Shown here: in pieces, positions 1 to 17,310 of the stretch
Layout of the letters: every line of letters starts with the position of its first letter
Numbering within the stretch: the first letter of the stretch is position 1
Assembly (NCBI RefSeq): GCF_009914755.1
Contig: NC_060927.1
Direction: 5' to 3' (one strand)
DNA from: the human T2T-CHM13v2.0 reference genome, Homo sapiens
Length of the DNA: 64,000 nucleotides
Program-made: the position numbers and the translations under genes
Notes under the pieces: generated by a model
Databases searched by the model: none
Told to the model about the DNA's origin: nothing
The model's input: only the letters and a program-made list of their open reading frames with translations

Positions 1-229
1 GTTAAAAGATATTCATAGAAAATTTTGGCAGCCAGAAAGCAAATAAAAACATCCAGATAGTGTATTGGTTCTATAAGCAGAATTTTTTTTATTTTAACTT
101 TTACCAAATGAGGAGGTCACTCCATCCAAAGATTTCTGGTCTCTCTGTATTCCTCTCCCATGACAATCTCATTGTATCACAATATGCATGTAGAAATAGG
201 TGACTTTCAAATTCAGATAGTCTTTAATT

Positions 230-1628
230 TCACATTTTCAATGACTTGCTGAACATTTATACCTCGACAATCTCAAACTCATTCTGATCAAAATTGATTG
301 CATTCTCGTCCTTGAAAACATGAACCTCCTCTTGTGTTATCTTTGTCTATCCCATCACCACCCTCCTTGTTACCTCTAGACTGCAAATCTCAGACCTATC
401 TTTGTCTCCTCCTTTTCACCTTCAGCATCCAATAATTTGGCAGGCCTTGAACTTTTACCTCCACAAAGTGTTATATTTGTCCCTTCTTCCAAATTTCCTC
501 TGCCATTTCCACATTAATTCCTTGTTATCTCTTGCCAAGACTACTGTTGGAGGCATCCTATGTAATACAACCCACTGAGGTAGATTTTCCCAGAGGCTAG
601 TGAAACTTAGACTTGGGGTCCAACATTTACATGGACCCCTTCCATTAGGTCCTATACCTAATGTCAAATTCATAATATTGTATCCTTTCTCTTGAAGCAT
701 ATCCACTACTTGTTTAAGCTTCAGGTCCCCCAGAACACCAGATTAACTTTTCTAAGGCAGAAATGGCAATTCCACTCTCTGATTCAATGGCCCACCATCA
801 ACCCACCCAAGTTGACTACATAATAAATTCATTCCTCTTTGCCTGATTGTAAAGCCTTTCTTAGTATGACTGAAACCTTTCTTTCCACCTATGTTACCAT
901 TACTTAATTAATGCAAGCTATTACATTAAAACAAACTGAGTTGCTACTGCACACCCATTTGCTAACCAACTCCACCACACTTTTGCTTACATTTTTTCCT
1001 CTACCAAGAGTATCCTTCCTGCCTCATCCTCACCTTTCTCCCTACCATACCCCAAAGTTGATATTATACACAACAATGAGGTTCCAGGTTAAATCATCAC
1101 CCCCATGAAGTCTTTTTATACTGTTACCAGGTAGATGCAGGCTCTCCTTTCTCTAAATTCCTATTTCCTGGAAATTCTCAAATGGAATTATTACTTTATA
1201 TTTTTCAAGTGTGAACAAACTGTGGCCCATATATCAAATTCAACCCACCACTTGTATATAAATAAAGTCTTATTAGTTTCTTTCTCCTAGGAAGAGATTT
1301 TTTAAAAAATTTAAGGAACACAGCCACACCCATTTGTCTACATATTGTCCTGTGGCTGTTTTTGCACTACAACAGCAGAGTTGAATAGTGACAACAGAGC
1401 CAATACAACTGGCAAAGCATAAAATATTTACTATTTGGCCCTTCACAGAAAAAGATTTCCAACTTCTGTTCCAGATTATCTATGTATGCATTTTACTTCC
1501 CTTATAGGCACTAGCATAAGCTGCTCAAAGAAAAAATGGCCTCTTTTTCATTGCTATTCCCCAACAATACCTAGCAAACTTATTGAAAAGAATCATTCCA
1601 TAAATATTTGAAGAGAGAGTGAATAAAT
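230..1628 (+). mobile_element. L2 LINE 3' region, highly diverged, interrupted by MER58
   Basis: L2-like motifs (ctcaaactc...aacctcctcttgtg...ccttttcaccttcagcatccaat) and an L2-type terminus taaatatttg...gaataaat at ~1600-1628. Confidence 0.5.
1210..1470. mobile_element. MER58A-like hAT-Charlie DNA transposon
   Basis: caaactgtggccc...cagccacacccatttg...gcagagttgaatagt...aaaatatttactatttggcccttcacagaaaaag matches the recalled MER58A. Confidence 0.8.
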
Positions 1629-2179
1629 CAATCCTATGTAGTTATTTAAGGATTTTTACTGCTAATTTTAAAAAATAAAGTATTTATGTATTTGGATTTT
1701 GATCATTATCCCAATTAGTATTAGAAACTTTGAATATTGCACACACATACACACACCCATTCCACACCACTCATCTTGTAACTTTTATCCAGAATATCTT
1801 TATTTTTATCTTCTTAACTTTCTAAAATTAAGCTGTTTTCTTATCAGTTAATATTTAATTAGCTGGGCTGACATTGTATCAGTTTTCATTGGCATTGTTA
1901 TTTCTTGCATTCCGGGTGAAGGGATTAGCATATGAGGCAATAACCTTGAATGCAAGGAGCAAGGAATAGAGATGTTAAAATGGGCGGCTAGGAACAATGA
2001 GAGGACACTGACTGATTTATGTATGAAGAAAATAACTCTGTATAAGGGTTTATGGAGGCAAAAATCTTATCTTAGAGACATCTGACTGTAGTACGCAATA
2101 AAATGTGATGCTCAGATGACCTTTCAAGAAAGGACTCTGCCCAGCTATAAGAGGAGTGGTTAGTTAGCTGATAGTCTTG

Positions 2180-2500
2180 CCAACACAATGTTTACTCAAA
2201 CTTTTTGAATTTTCCCGACATAATAGGTGAGAAATGGCATTTCAGTGCAGTTTCAATATGTATGTTCCTTACCATGAATGAGGTTGAATATATTTTCATA
2301 TGCTTATTTTTACGTTGCAGTGATTTCATTTCTGTAATGTATCTGTCCATGTCTTTTGACTTTTTGCAATTTGGCTGTTAGTCTTTCCAGTATTGATTTG
2401 TAGAAATTCCTTATATGTTAGGGAAATTAACCTCTTATCTACAATGTAAGTTGTAATTCATTTTCCTTCTCTGTCATTGGTCTTTTGACTTTGTTTGTGG
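2180..2500 (-). mobile_element. Old L1M fragment (ORF2 end), antisense
   Basis: ataggtgagaaatggcat...gaggttgaatatattttcatatgctta is typical antisense L1M. Confidence 0.65.
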
Positions 2501-2506
2501 TGGCTG

Positions 2507-3110
2507 TGTTGTAAGGATTAATTCCAGCAGGCCTAGAATTGGTCTGAACTGTTTTGCTGAATTACCTGCATATATTGATCTCTGGTGAAGGTATTAAATG
2601 AATTGATGAATAGTATTGCTTTGTAAGCATGGGTTCCAAGTGAGTTTTGGAGTAATGCAGATGAGCTTTTTAGCATGTTTGTTAATAATAGTGAGACACA
2701 TTATTTGAACCTGGTCTCATTAAGATCCCTACAAGAGCTCTGCCACAGGAGCTTGCTATGTGGAAATAATACGCCTAATTTACCAGCAAAATAGAAGCAG
2801 TCCAGTCTGAGATTCCATTAGGGGATCCCTGTTTCTGAGATATTTCATACACATGTTAGTGGTTCCCTGTCTGAGAGCTAACACGTATCCTGCTATGACC
2901 CATCAGACAGAGTACAGTTAGAGTTTGCACCTGGCCACTCCAGATCGCTTGCTGCCAGGCTGCCTCTAGTTGTGATGCATATCTTTATTTTAATGCTGTT
3001 GCTGTATCATTCTACTACAAAGAAAAAAATACTATAGATTTAAAAGCATTGTCATTTGGGGTGCTGTGACTAGTCTTTAGCAGTCAAATCCTATCTAACT
3101 GCCACTACTG
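2507..3110. mobile_element. Probable ancient ERVL-type solo LTR (MER68-like)
   Basis: Weak similarity only (acacatgttagtggttccctg...tgacccatcagacagag...gcacctggccactccaga). Confidence 0.3.
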
Positions 3111-4210
3111 ATACAGCAGCTTTTTAATATAGCTAAAATTGTCAATCTGCCTTATGACATTGAATTAGTTGTGCTTTTTAAAAAATCTGGACTAATTTTT
3201 CATCTGATTGTTGATTTACTTTACCATCATTTTTAGCTTAAGATTTCTTCATTTATTGTAGAATTTTGAGTCTCAGACTCTTTGAATGGAAGCTTTGGCT
3301 CATTTGCTCTCATTCTCTGTCTCCTCCAGTCTGTCTTTCTCTCTTCACTCCTTTCCACTCCAGGTTGACTGCACTCAGACCTTCAGTTTTATACTGATAG
3401 TTCAGTCTTTTCCCCAGAGTAATTTGAAGAAATATGGCAAAACTAGTTCACTCACTGAACCAGTGGGAGGCTGGTTCAGTTCCTACTGGTGAGACCGAAT
3501 TCTAATTCCCTGAACTCACAAACTTCTATTAGTCACAACCCACAATAGCCTCTTTTTGTCTCTTCTCCAGAGCAGAGGCCTTTAAGCAGTGAACCCCTTA
3601 CAACCCCTGTATGCATGTTCACCCAAAGCCCAGCAAATCCACATTTTGAAATCCAGTTAAACCTTTGATTTTTTTCTGCCCATAGAGATGTTCCTCTACA
3701 TATTGAGCCCACCTATATCTTTTATATTTAATCTATCATTTCACATGTTTGGAGTAGAATTTACAATTCTATCTTGACTAGAAATTTATGATAATATGAA
3801 AATGTCATTACTATATTTCTTTTTATATGCAGAAAGAAAAATTACATATTTTATATACATATTTTACTATCTGTAATTATGCCCCCAAGAAGAACTCCCT
3901 TCTAAAACCACAACCAAGAGACAGTCTAGCCCTCAGAAAAGCTTGATAAATATTCTCTCTAATCAGTCTCAATCAGGACTCCAGCCAGAATTTCAGACAA
4001 CACTACAGATTTTAGTAATCCCTGCTACTCATCAGGCAATCTTTCCATGCAACAACAGATCACTGACACACCATTCTTACTGAAGTTGAGTGTGCTGTTT
4101 TGATTAAAAACCAAATTGCTAAGCACTGTAAAATAAAAAAATTAGACTGCTATAATTATGGGTTTAAGTAGCTAAATGCATCTGGAAGAACAACCTCTGA
4201 TCCCTTAATT

Positions 4211-6986
<2,776 letters not shown>

Positions 6987-7594
6987 GAAGACTAAAATTG
7001 AAAGACCATTCAGAGGTCTAATTTCTAAAAGAACACATAGTTGAAGTAAACCTTAAAAGAGGCTTCATAATCCAACCAAGATCCAGTTTATGAGTATTGG
7101 AACGCAAAGTCATTAGCACCCAGAGAAGGCTCTGGGCCTCAGCTAAAATCCCTAGAGAACTGTTGTCCTCCCATTATAATGAAATAGAGAAAATTGTGTT
7201 CACCAGATCCTTTTCAGGAACACACTGGCTTTGGAAACAATTTATCTTACACCAGCCTCAGGGATGATGAGACCTGCAGGAAACCTGAGAGTTCATGAAA
7301 GTGACATGAAGGAAATTCCTGGTTATCTTAGATGAAGAAGGGAAGAAAAGAAACGAGGAAAAAAGGGATATTGCAAGCAAAATGACAAAAATGTACAGTG
7401 TGTTCTGTGATCCCTGCTTATTTCCTTCCCCCAAAACTCAGTAAACCCTTTAAGAATCTAAAAAGACTTTATGGGAATGACTTTTTTTTGTCAAAATAAT
7501 GACGGAATGTGCTTGCACATTTAGGATGTCCTTGGGAAAATTAGAAACAGCCCTCATGGACAAGGGAGTACAGAAGCCAAGAGAAGAACTAGGC

Positions 7595-7872
7595 CCAGAA
7601 TCAGCAAAAACTTTCTGTAAAGGGCCATATAGTAAACATTTTAGCCTATGTGGACCCTATAGTTTCTATTAAACTTCTCAGCTTTGCTATTTTAGCATGA
7701 AAGCAGTTGTAGACAATAACGAATGACACTGAAATTGGAATTTTACATGATTTTTCATATGTCACAAAATATATTATTCTTTTTGATTTTTGGTAAACTA
7801 TTTTAAAATGTAAAAGCCATTCTTAATTTTTGGACTGTATAAAAATTTGGGTTGGTAGTTTGCCAACCCCTG
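7595..7872. mobile_element. MER58B-like hAT DNA transposon
   Basis: tcagcaaaaactttctgtaaagggccatatagtaaacattttag ... terminal tagtttgccaacccctg. Confidence 0.8.
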
Positions 7873-8022
7873 GCCTAGAATATAAGGTATAAGAAGACAA
7901 TGAAATTATGAAATGGCCTTAAGGCTGCTCCAGGGAGTGGAAATCAGGCTAGACTCTAAAGGTAAGGTTGTACCAACTATCATGTATGTAAGCTTTTAGC
8001 AAAGCTTCAGGCAGCTTTATTT

Positions 8023-9131
8023 ATTTATTTTTTATCTTCATAGCTTTGGGAGTACAAGTGATTTTAGTTGTATGGATGAGTTGTATAGAGGTAAAGTCTG
8101 AGATTTTAGTGCACCCGTCACCCAAGTAATGTACATGATCCAATCACCTCCCACCAGGCCTGGCCTCCAACATTGGAGAGTACAATTTGACATAAGATTT
8201 GGTGGGGACACAGATCCAAACCAAATGACCTTACATTACTTAGGGGAGGTACTTTGGTTTCTCCAGAGATGGGTGGGGCTACAGAGCTCTCAAATGTTTC
8301 TTTCCTTTGTGTTAAGCTACCAGGGCAGGTAGAAGGGCAAAGCCAGGTTGGAGCTGGGTTAGGCAGGCCTGCACTCTGGCTCTTCACATGCAGGGCAAGC
8401 AGTTGCCCCTGTGGGTGTTGGGGACAGTTCTCTGGCCACTGGGGTAATGTTCCAGGGAGGAACACAGCTGCCTCTGCTGCACAGAAGAGTTTGTGGAGGG
8501 AGTGGGAAGTAGCAGGTAGCGGTAGGCCCTACCCAGCTCCCATGTGAGGGAGGCCTCACATTCATGGTGTTCCACTAGCAGCAGCTAGCTAAGTCCCAGG
8601 CAGTCTATGCTCATAACTCAGAACTGCTCCAAAACCACGAGTCTTCTTCACTGAGAAAGCAATTCTGGCTTTCAGGCCATGCCCCTCCCAGTTTGCCCAC
8701 GGAGACAAGGCACCCAGCTCCTGCACACATGGCTGCAGCGTACTTCCCATTCACCCCTCATTTCTAGCCAAGATAGTTTGTCCCAACTCAGGATTTATAT
8801 TATGAATTTCAGTTAGAAGCTTCTCTCAACCTATGACCATTGCCTCACTTAGCTAGGAGGCTTCAGCGAGGTCCCCTGTGACATAGAATCAGGGATGGCT
8901 TCCCTCAATCCTCGATGGAGACTGGAAGTACCTGCAAAGCTCTTCCCACTGCTGCTTTTACTTTTCTATTTTCCACTGCTCCCTAAATCAGTTTCAGTGC
9001 TAGGTAGCATTAAAGCCTTCTCCCATGGGCTAGATTAGCAGGTTCCTCAGTAAGGTGTATATCCTGGAGGCAGCCTCTCCACTATCACACTCCGGGACTT
9101 ACAGTTTCTCACCTGGCTCACAGTGTATGTC
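8023..9131 (-). mobile_element. Internally deleted L1PB-type element: 3' end + MST LTR fragment + 5' UTR
   Basis: Antisense L1PB-type 3' end 8023-8136, MST piece 8137-8224, antisense L1 5'-UTR-like 8230-9131; TSD caggcagctttattt (8008-8022) / caggcagatttattt (9132-9146). Confidence 0.7.
8137..8224 (-). mobile_element. MST-family MaLR LTR terminal fragment
   Basis: atccaatcacctcccaccaggcc...ctccaacattgg...acaatttgacataagatttggtggggacacagatccaaacca. Confidence 0.85.
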
Positions 9132-10037
9132 CAGGCAGATTTATTTAAAAAAAAAAAAGTGACCTCTAAGTAACTTCCTACTTATCTTAGACCTGCCCTA
9201 ATTCTCACTCCCCTCTTCCTACCCAGTCCAGATTTACATAACACCTTTACATATTATTTAAGCAAAACCAGTTGGGTTTTTTTTTTTAGGAATAGGTGGA
9301 ACAAGGGAAAAGGTCTCACTGAGACTAGAGTGCAGGAATGGTCAGACTTGAGGAAGTGACACAATTTTGGTTTTGGGGAACTCAAGATACAGTAAATACA
9401 CTTTCAAGGACTTGAATTCACGATATAATTGATTTACTATCTTGAAACCCTGAAGATGAAGGCCCCTGTTTCTTTGACTCTTTTCCCTAGACTAGAAGAT
9501 AAGTGAAGAATTAAGCAGTTGAAGCTTCCATGGGGTTTCAAGGAGACAATGTAAGAGACTGTGCAGTAGGGCAAGAAATCCTATGTGTTCATAAGTCACC
9601 CTAAAGAAAAGTATTCAAATACTGGAAGTTGTGTGTTTACAAGTGAATATAAAAAGAAATAAAGATCACAAAGTTGACTTCATTTCGGTGTCTAATTTAC
9701 TATGTTTTCCTCCCCTTGGGGTTTAGAAAGTCAATTGTATTTCAAATGTAAAATTGCCTTACAGCTTTAGAAAAATGTGACACTTGAAAATTATTGCTGT
9801 TAACTTTATTAGACATTCTTGGAATTCAAAGGCATCTGGAAAATAGTTGAATCACATTATTCAAACTTGACTCTACAATGTACTAACACACCCAATAAAT
9901 CAGAGAATCTCCATACCTTTCCTTAAACTGGTTCCAGTTAAGGACCTAATCAATTGCTTGGGGAAGTTTTTCTCTACTTTTGATGGATATAAAATGAATG
10001 TTTTCCCCTCCTTCAGAGACATTAAAGAGAAGGTACT

Positions 10038-10335
10038 GGCCAGGTGCGGTGGCTCATGCTTGTAATCCTAGCACTTTTGGAGGCTGAGGTGGGTGGATCA
10101 CCTAAGGTCAGGAGTTTGAGAGCAACCTGGCCAACATGGTGAACCCCATCTCTACTAAAAATACAATTAGCTGGGCATGGTGGCAGGCACCTATAATCCC
10201 AGCTACTTGGGAGGCTGAGGCAGGAGAGTCACTTGAACCCATGGGGCAGGGGTTGCAGTGAGCAGAGATGGTGCCACTTCACTCCAGCCTGGGCAAAAGA
10301 GTGAAATTTTGTCTCAAAAAAAAAAAAAAAAAAAG
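10038..10335 (+). mobile_element. AluS, full length
   Basis: Dimeric Alu with poly(A); TSD aaagagaaggtact / aaagagaagatact. Confidence 0.97.
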
Positions 10336-10699
10336 AAAGAGAAGATACTGCTCCCACTTCTTTCTGATTCTAAGATGCTCCTACTAAGCACATTCCCTTG
10401 AATCCATCCTTTTGGTATTCTTCAGTTTTTATTAACTCTTTATGTCTTAAAAAAATTGGGGTTGCTTCCATTAAAAAACACAGGCAGAATAAGATTTTTA
10501 AAAATGATTAAAATTGGACAGAAGACAGACACAAGTAAACAAGGGAATGCCAAGAAGCTGTAGAATTGTTTATCAGAACTGTTGCTCTGAATTTCTGACA
10601 GAGAAATAGGAGAATAACTTATGTACCCTTTTATTATTATTAGAAGGAAATACACTAGTTTATTAAAAGTTCAACCCTTTGCTTTACCCTAAGCTCTGA

Positions 10700-11135
10700 A
10701 AGGAATATTATTATTCAATGATATGGATTTATCAAAAACTACCTATGTGCCAAGCTCAGTGTTAGGCAAAACACTTAGAATGCATTTTCTTTCCTCCAAA
10801 TGTTCATAGTGTAGTAAGAAAGACAGATATATAAATGAAATGTTAATATGGGTTAAGGTATTTAATGGAACTGTATACAAGATGCTGTAGGATATATAGA
10901 GAAAGGCAACTTACTTTTTCTGTAGTTGGCTACCAATGCTTCCTAGATAAAGGGAAATTGAAAAGACAAGCATACATTCATCAAATGCATGAAAAGGAAC
11001 AATTATTTGAAACATAAGGAAGGGCAAACATGCAAAGGTAGGAATGGATGAACTTCTTTAGAGAAGCCTTCTCTAATGCAAAAAGTATAGAGTTGGGAAA
11101 TGGTGCAGTCAAGTAAGGAGATTGAGAGTCCATTG
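10700..11135 (-). mobile_element. L2 fragment, antisense
   Basis: acctatgtgccaagctcagtgttaggc...ttcatagtgtagtaagaaagacaga pattern. Confidence 0.55.
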
Positions 11136-11256
11136 TTAAAATGACAAATGCTTGAGGTGATAAATACCTCAAGTAACCTGATTTGATCATTACACATTGT
11201 ATGCCTGTGTGAAAACATCACGTGTACCTCATAAATACACACAACTATTATGTACC

Positions 11257-11610
11257 TGATATGGTTTGGCTGTGTCCCCACCCAAATCTCAACATGAATT
11301 GTATCTTCCAGAATTCCCACATATTGTGGGAGGGACCCAGGGGGAGGTAATTGAATCATGGGGGCCAGTCTTTCCCATGCTATTCTAGTGATAGCAAATA
11401 AGTCTCACAAGACCTTATGGGTTTATCAGGGGTTTCCACTTTTGCATCCTCCTCATTTTTCTCTTGCCACCACCATGTAAGAAGTGCCTTTCACCTCCCA
11501 CCATTATTCTGAGGCCTCCCAGGCCATGTGGAACTGTAAGTCCAATTAAACCTCTTTTGTTCCTAGTTCCAGGTATGTCTTTATCAGCAGCATGAGAACA
11601 AACTAATATA
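11257..11610 (+). repeat. THE1A 5' LTR
   Basis: tgatatggtttggctgtgtccccacccaaatctc...aactaatata; THE1A-type gggtttatcaggggtttcc. Confidence 0.93.
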
Positions 11611-12048
11611 GTAAATTGGTACCAGTAGAGTGGGGTGTTGCTGAAAAGATACCTGAAAATGTGGAAGCAACTTTGGAACTGGGTAACAGGCAAAGATTGG
11701 AACAGTTTGGAGAGCTCAGAAGAAGACAGGAAAATGTGGGAAAGTTTGGAACTTCCTAGAGACTTGTTGAATGTCTTTGACAAGAATGCTCATAGGGATA
11801 TGAACAATAAGGTCCAGGCTGAGGTGTTCTCAGATGGAGATGAGCAACTTGCTGGGAACTGGAGCAAAGGTGAGGCTTGTTATGTTTTAGCAAAAAGACT
11901 GGCAGCATTTTGCCCCTGCCCTAGAGATTTGTGAAACTTTGACAGAGATAATTTAGGGTACCTGGCAGAAGAAATTTCGAAGCAGCAAAGCATTCAAAAT
12001 GTGACTTGGGTGCTGTTAAAAAGCATTCTGTTTTAAAAGGGAAACAAA

Positions 12049-12547
<499 letters not shown>

Positions 12548-13517
12548 TCAGAGACCTTCATGGAAGCCCCTCCCTTCACAGGCCCAGAAGCCCAGTAGGA
12601 AAAAGTGGTTTCATGGGCTGTGCCCAGGGTCCCCCTGTTGTGTGCAGCCTAGGGACTTGGTGCCCTGAGTCCCAGCCACTCCAGCCATGGCTGAAAGGGG
12701 CCAATGTAGAGGAGCTCAGGCTGTGGCTTCAGAGGATGGAAGCCCCAAGTCTTGGCAGCCTCCATGTAGTATTGAGCCTGTGGATGCACAGAAGAACTGA
12801 GGTTTGGGAACCTCTGCCTAGATTTCAGGCCAGGAAACGCCTGGCTGCTCAGGCAAAAGTTTGCTGCAGGGGTGGGGCCCTCATGGAGAACCTCTGCTAG
12901 GGCAGTGCAGAAGGGAAATGTGGTGGTGGAGCCCCCACAGAGTCCTTACTGAGGCACTGCCTAGTGGAGTTGTGAGAAGAGGGCCACCGTCTTCCAGAGG
13001 CCAGAATGGCAGATCCACTGACAGCTTGTACTGTGTGCCTGGAAACGCCGCAGACACTCACCGCCAGTCCGTGAAAGCAGCCAGGAGGGAGGCTGTACCC
13101 TGCAAACCACAGGGGCAGAGCTGTCCAAGACCATGGGAACCCACCTCTTGCATCAGTGTGACCTGGATGTGAGACCTGGATACAAAGAAGATTATTTTGG
13201 AGCTTTAAAATTTGACTGCCCCACTGGATTTCAGACTTGCATGGGCCCTGTAACCCCTAGGTTTTGGCCAGTTTCTCCCATGTGGAATGGCTGTATTTAC
13301 CCAATACCTGTACCTGCATTGTACCTAGGAAGTAACTAGCTTGCTTCTGATTTTACAGGCTCATAAGTGGAAGGGACTTGCCTTGTCTCAGATGATACTC
13401 TGAACTGTGGACTTTTGGGTTAATGCTGAAATGAATGAAGACTTTGGGGGACTGTTGGGAAGGAGTGATTGGTTTTGAAATGTGTGGACATGAGATTTGG
13501 AGGGGCCAAGGACAGAA

Positions 13518-13870
13518 TGATATGGTTTGGCTGTATCCCCACCCAAATCTCATCTTGAATTGTATCTCCCAGAATTCCCACGTGTTGTGGGAGGGACCCA
13601 GGGGGAGGTAGTTGAATCATGGGGGCCAGTCTTTCCCATGCTATTCTCATGATAATGAATAAGTCTCACGAGATCTGATGGGTTTATCAGGGATTTTCGC
13701 TTTTGCTTCCTCCCATTTTTTTCTCTTCCCACTATGTAAAAAGTGCCTTTCACCTCCCACCATGATTCTGAGGCCTCCCCAGCAATGTAGAACTGTAAGT
13801 CCAATTAAACCTCTTTTTCCTCCCAGTTTCAGGTATGTTTTTATCAGCAATGTGAGAACAAATTAATACA
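13518..13870 (+). repeat. THE1A 3' LTR
   Basis: Direct repeat of 11257-11610, roughly 10% diverged by eye; ends aattaataca. Confidence 0.93.
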
Positions 13871-13951
13871 GTACCCATAATAATTAAAAATACTTTAAAA
13901 CAAAAAATAAATAACCAGAAGTCCACTTTTAAAGTATGTCCTCAATAGGAC

Positions 13952-15076
<1,125 letters not shown>

Positions 15077-15331
15077 TGAAGATATATTGTTTTCAAATCA
15101 TCTAGAAAGTTTTAGGACACTTCTGTAAGAGTCTTGAGTGATATATCACTTCAGCATTTAGCTCTCCAGACATCTGCCTGTCATCTGTATGCACCTAGTT
15201 TTCTTTAGGAAAATTTTGACTTCACCCTCACCAGTAAACAGAACTCAGCACTGCACAAGACAATAGTAAGAAATCAGGTTTTATTAAAAGATTTTAAGAA
15301 GATAAGGAGAAGAGATTTACATTAGTCACAT

Positions 15332-15355
15332 TCCCTGGTTGTCTAGTGGTTAGGA
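15332..15355 (+). pseudogene. Retroposed 5' fragment (24 nt) of tRNA-Glu(CTC)
   Basis: tccctggttgtctagtggttagga matches 23/24 of the tRNA-Glu start TCCCTGGTGGTCTAGTGGTTAGGA; followed by oligo-A; direct repeat tacattagtcacat / tacactactcacat. Confidence 0.8.
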
Positions 15356-15671
15356 AAAAAAATACACTACTCACATACTTCCATAATGTTCACAGAAATT
15401 GGAGATTCAAAAAAAATGGACTAAAATAGTATTTAAACTCTTCCTAGCCAACAAAAAGTCTAGAAGTGCTACATAAAACATAACCATCCTTAGGTTTTTT
15501 TTTTTCTTCTTCTTTCTTTTTTTTAATTTAGCTTTACAGGAAAGAGAAATCCCTAGGTGCTAGAAGATAAAAAGAAGCTAAATATTAGAGTAGCATGAGT
15601 TTGCTCTGAATTAGACTTCCCTGGAGGATAGGTGTAAAGCTTGGCAGTTAAGAGTTGAGGTTTGTTTGGGA

Positions 15672-16635
15672 TTTTTTAAATTAATTTTATTGATTAATAA
15701 TTGCATACAATAAAATGCAGCCATTTTAAGTGTGTTTTTCCATGAGTTTTAGCAAATTATACACATACACACACTTGAAACTATCACAATAATTGAAATA
15801 TAGAATACTTCTCTTACCCCAAAAGATTCCCTTGTTTCCATTTGCAGTCAAGCCTTCTGAACCCCCAACCCCAGATAACCATTTATCTACCTTTTGCCAC
15901 TAAGGAAAGGATTTCTCTCTTCTAGGATTTCAGGTAAATAGAATCATACGGTATGTAAGTGTTGAAGATAAAATTTTTTCACTCTGCATAACGCTTTTAT
16001 GACTCATCCAGGTTGTTGCATGGGTCAGTAGTTTATTACTTTTTATGGTTCAGTAGTATTCCATTATACAGATAAACCACAGTTTCTTTATGCATTTACC
16101 TGTTGATGGACATTTGAATTATATCCAGTTTGCGACTAATATGTATAAAACTGCTATGAACATTTGTGTAAAAGTCTTTCTTTGGGCAAATGATTTCTTG
16201 TCTCTTGGGTAAATACCTAGAAGTATAATTTCTTTGTCATATGTTTTACATTCTAAGAAATGAAACTTTTTCAAAAACGTTTATACCATTCTACACTCCC
16301 AGTAGCAATGTTTGTGTGCTGCACATCCTTTTCAACACTTAGCATTGATAATGCTTTTAAATTTAGTCATTCTAGTAGGCATCCAAATTGAATCTTATTG
16401 TGACTTTACTTTGTATTTTTGTGCTGACTAATATTTAGCATCTTTAGATGTGCTTATTGACATTCAAATATCTTCTTTGTGTCTATTCAAATATTTTACC
16501 CATTTTTCCTGAGTTGTCTATCTTATTATTATCAAGTTGTAGAGCTTGTTATATGTTCTGGATAGAAGTCCACTGTGAAATATCTATATTGTTAATCATT
16601 TCTCTCAGCCTGTGGTTTGCATTTCCATTTTTGTC
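15672..16635 (-). mobile_element. Old L1M (L1MC/MD-like) 3' portion, antisense
   Basis: ttgcatacaataaaatgcagccattttaagtgt...tgttgatggacatttg...ctgctatgaacatttgtgta. Confidence 0.85.
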
Positions 16636-16826
16636 AGCTTGAACTATTAAACCAGGTTAAATTAAAAGGAGTTACTTATATGATGGACCACAGGGCTTTA
16701 TGATGTTTTTAAAATATCAAGGAGACTAGGGTCAATGGAGGTATTTTATTTATGGAGCAGTAAATCTGAGGTAGTCCTATAAGGAACTAGATAACCAGGC
16801 TTCATTAGATGTCTGATTTTCTACTG

Positions 16827-16992
16827 CAGTGCTTCCAAAGCTCAAATGTACATAGAAACACTTGCAGATATGGTTAGCATACAGATTCTGATTTAAAAGT
16901 TCTGGAGCAAGGCCTCATATTCTACATTTCTAACAAGCTCCCAGATGATGCTGATGATGCTGGTCCAGGGGCCGTGCTTCAAGTAACAAGGG
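16827..16992. mobile_element. MER5-family hAT MITE
   Basis: cagattctgatt...catttctaacaagctcccagatgatgctgatgatgctggtcc. Confidence 0.85.
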
Positions 16993-17227
16993 TCTAGTTT
17001 AGTCAGACCAGTTTCGAAACCAATAATACACAAGCATTTATTCTCTTATTTATACCAGAATGTTTGAGGACTAAACACAAAATTATTGGGTCTGTCTGTG
17101 AACATTATCACCAGACATTTCAAATACCCCAAGCCAATCATGCTATACAGTAGGGTTGGTTACAAAATAAAATTACCTCTTTACTTTTCATGTTTTTCCA
17201 TCTACAAACTAGTGTTTGTTTATGTTT

Positions 17228-17310
17228 ATTAGACTTTATTTTTTAGAGCAGCTTTGGGTTCACAAAAAAATTGAACAGAAGTTAATGAGATTTCCCACAT
17301 GTCCCCTGCA
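17228..17310 (-). mobile_element. Short L1M 3'-end fragment
   Basis: agactttattttttagagcagctttgggttcacaaaaaaattgaacagaa. Confidence 0.7.

Noticed and set aside
6990-7560. Unique-looking segment as a possible exon or ERV internal remnant
   Set aside because: Only a short open frame without an ATG; no recognisable motif or convincing splice-site pair.
15332-15400. Functional tRNA-Glu gene
   Set aside because: Only 24 nt match; no anticodon arm, T arm or B box.
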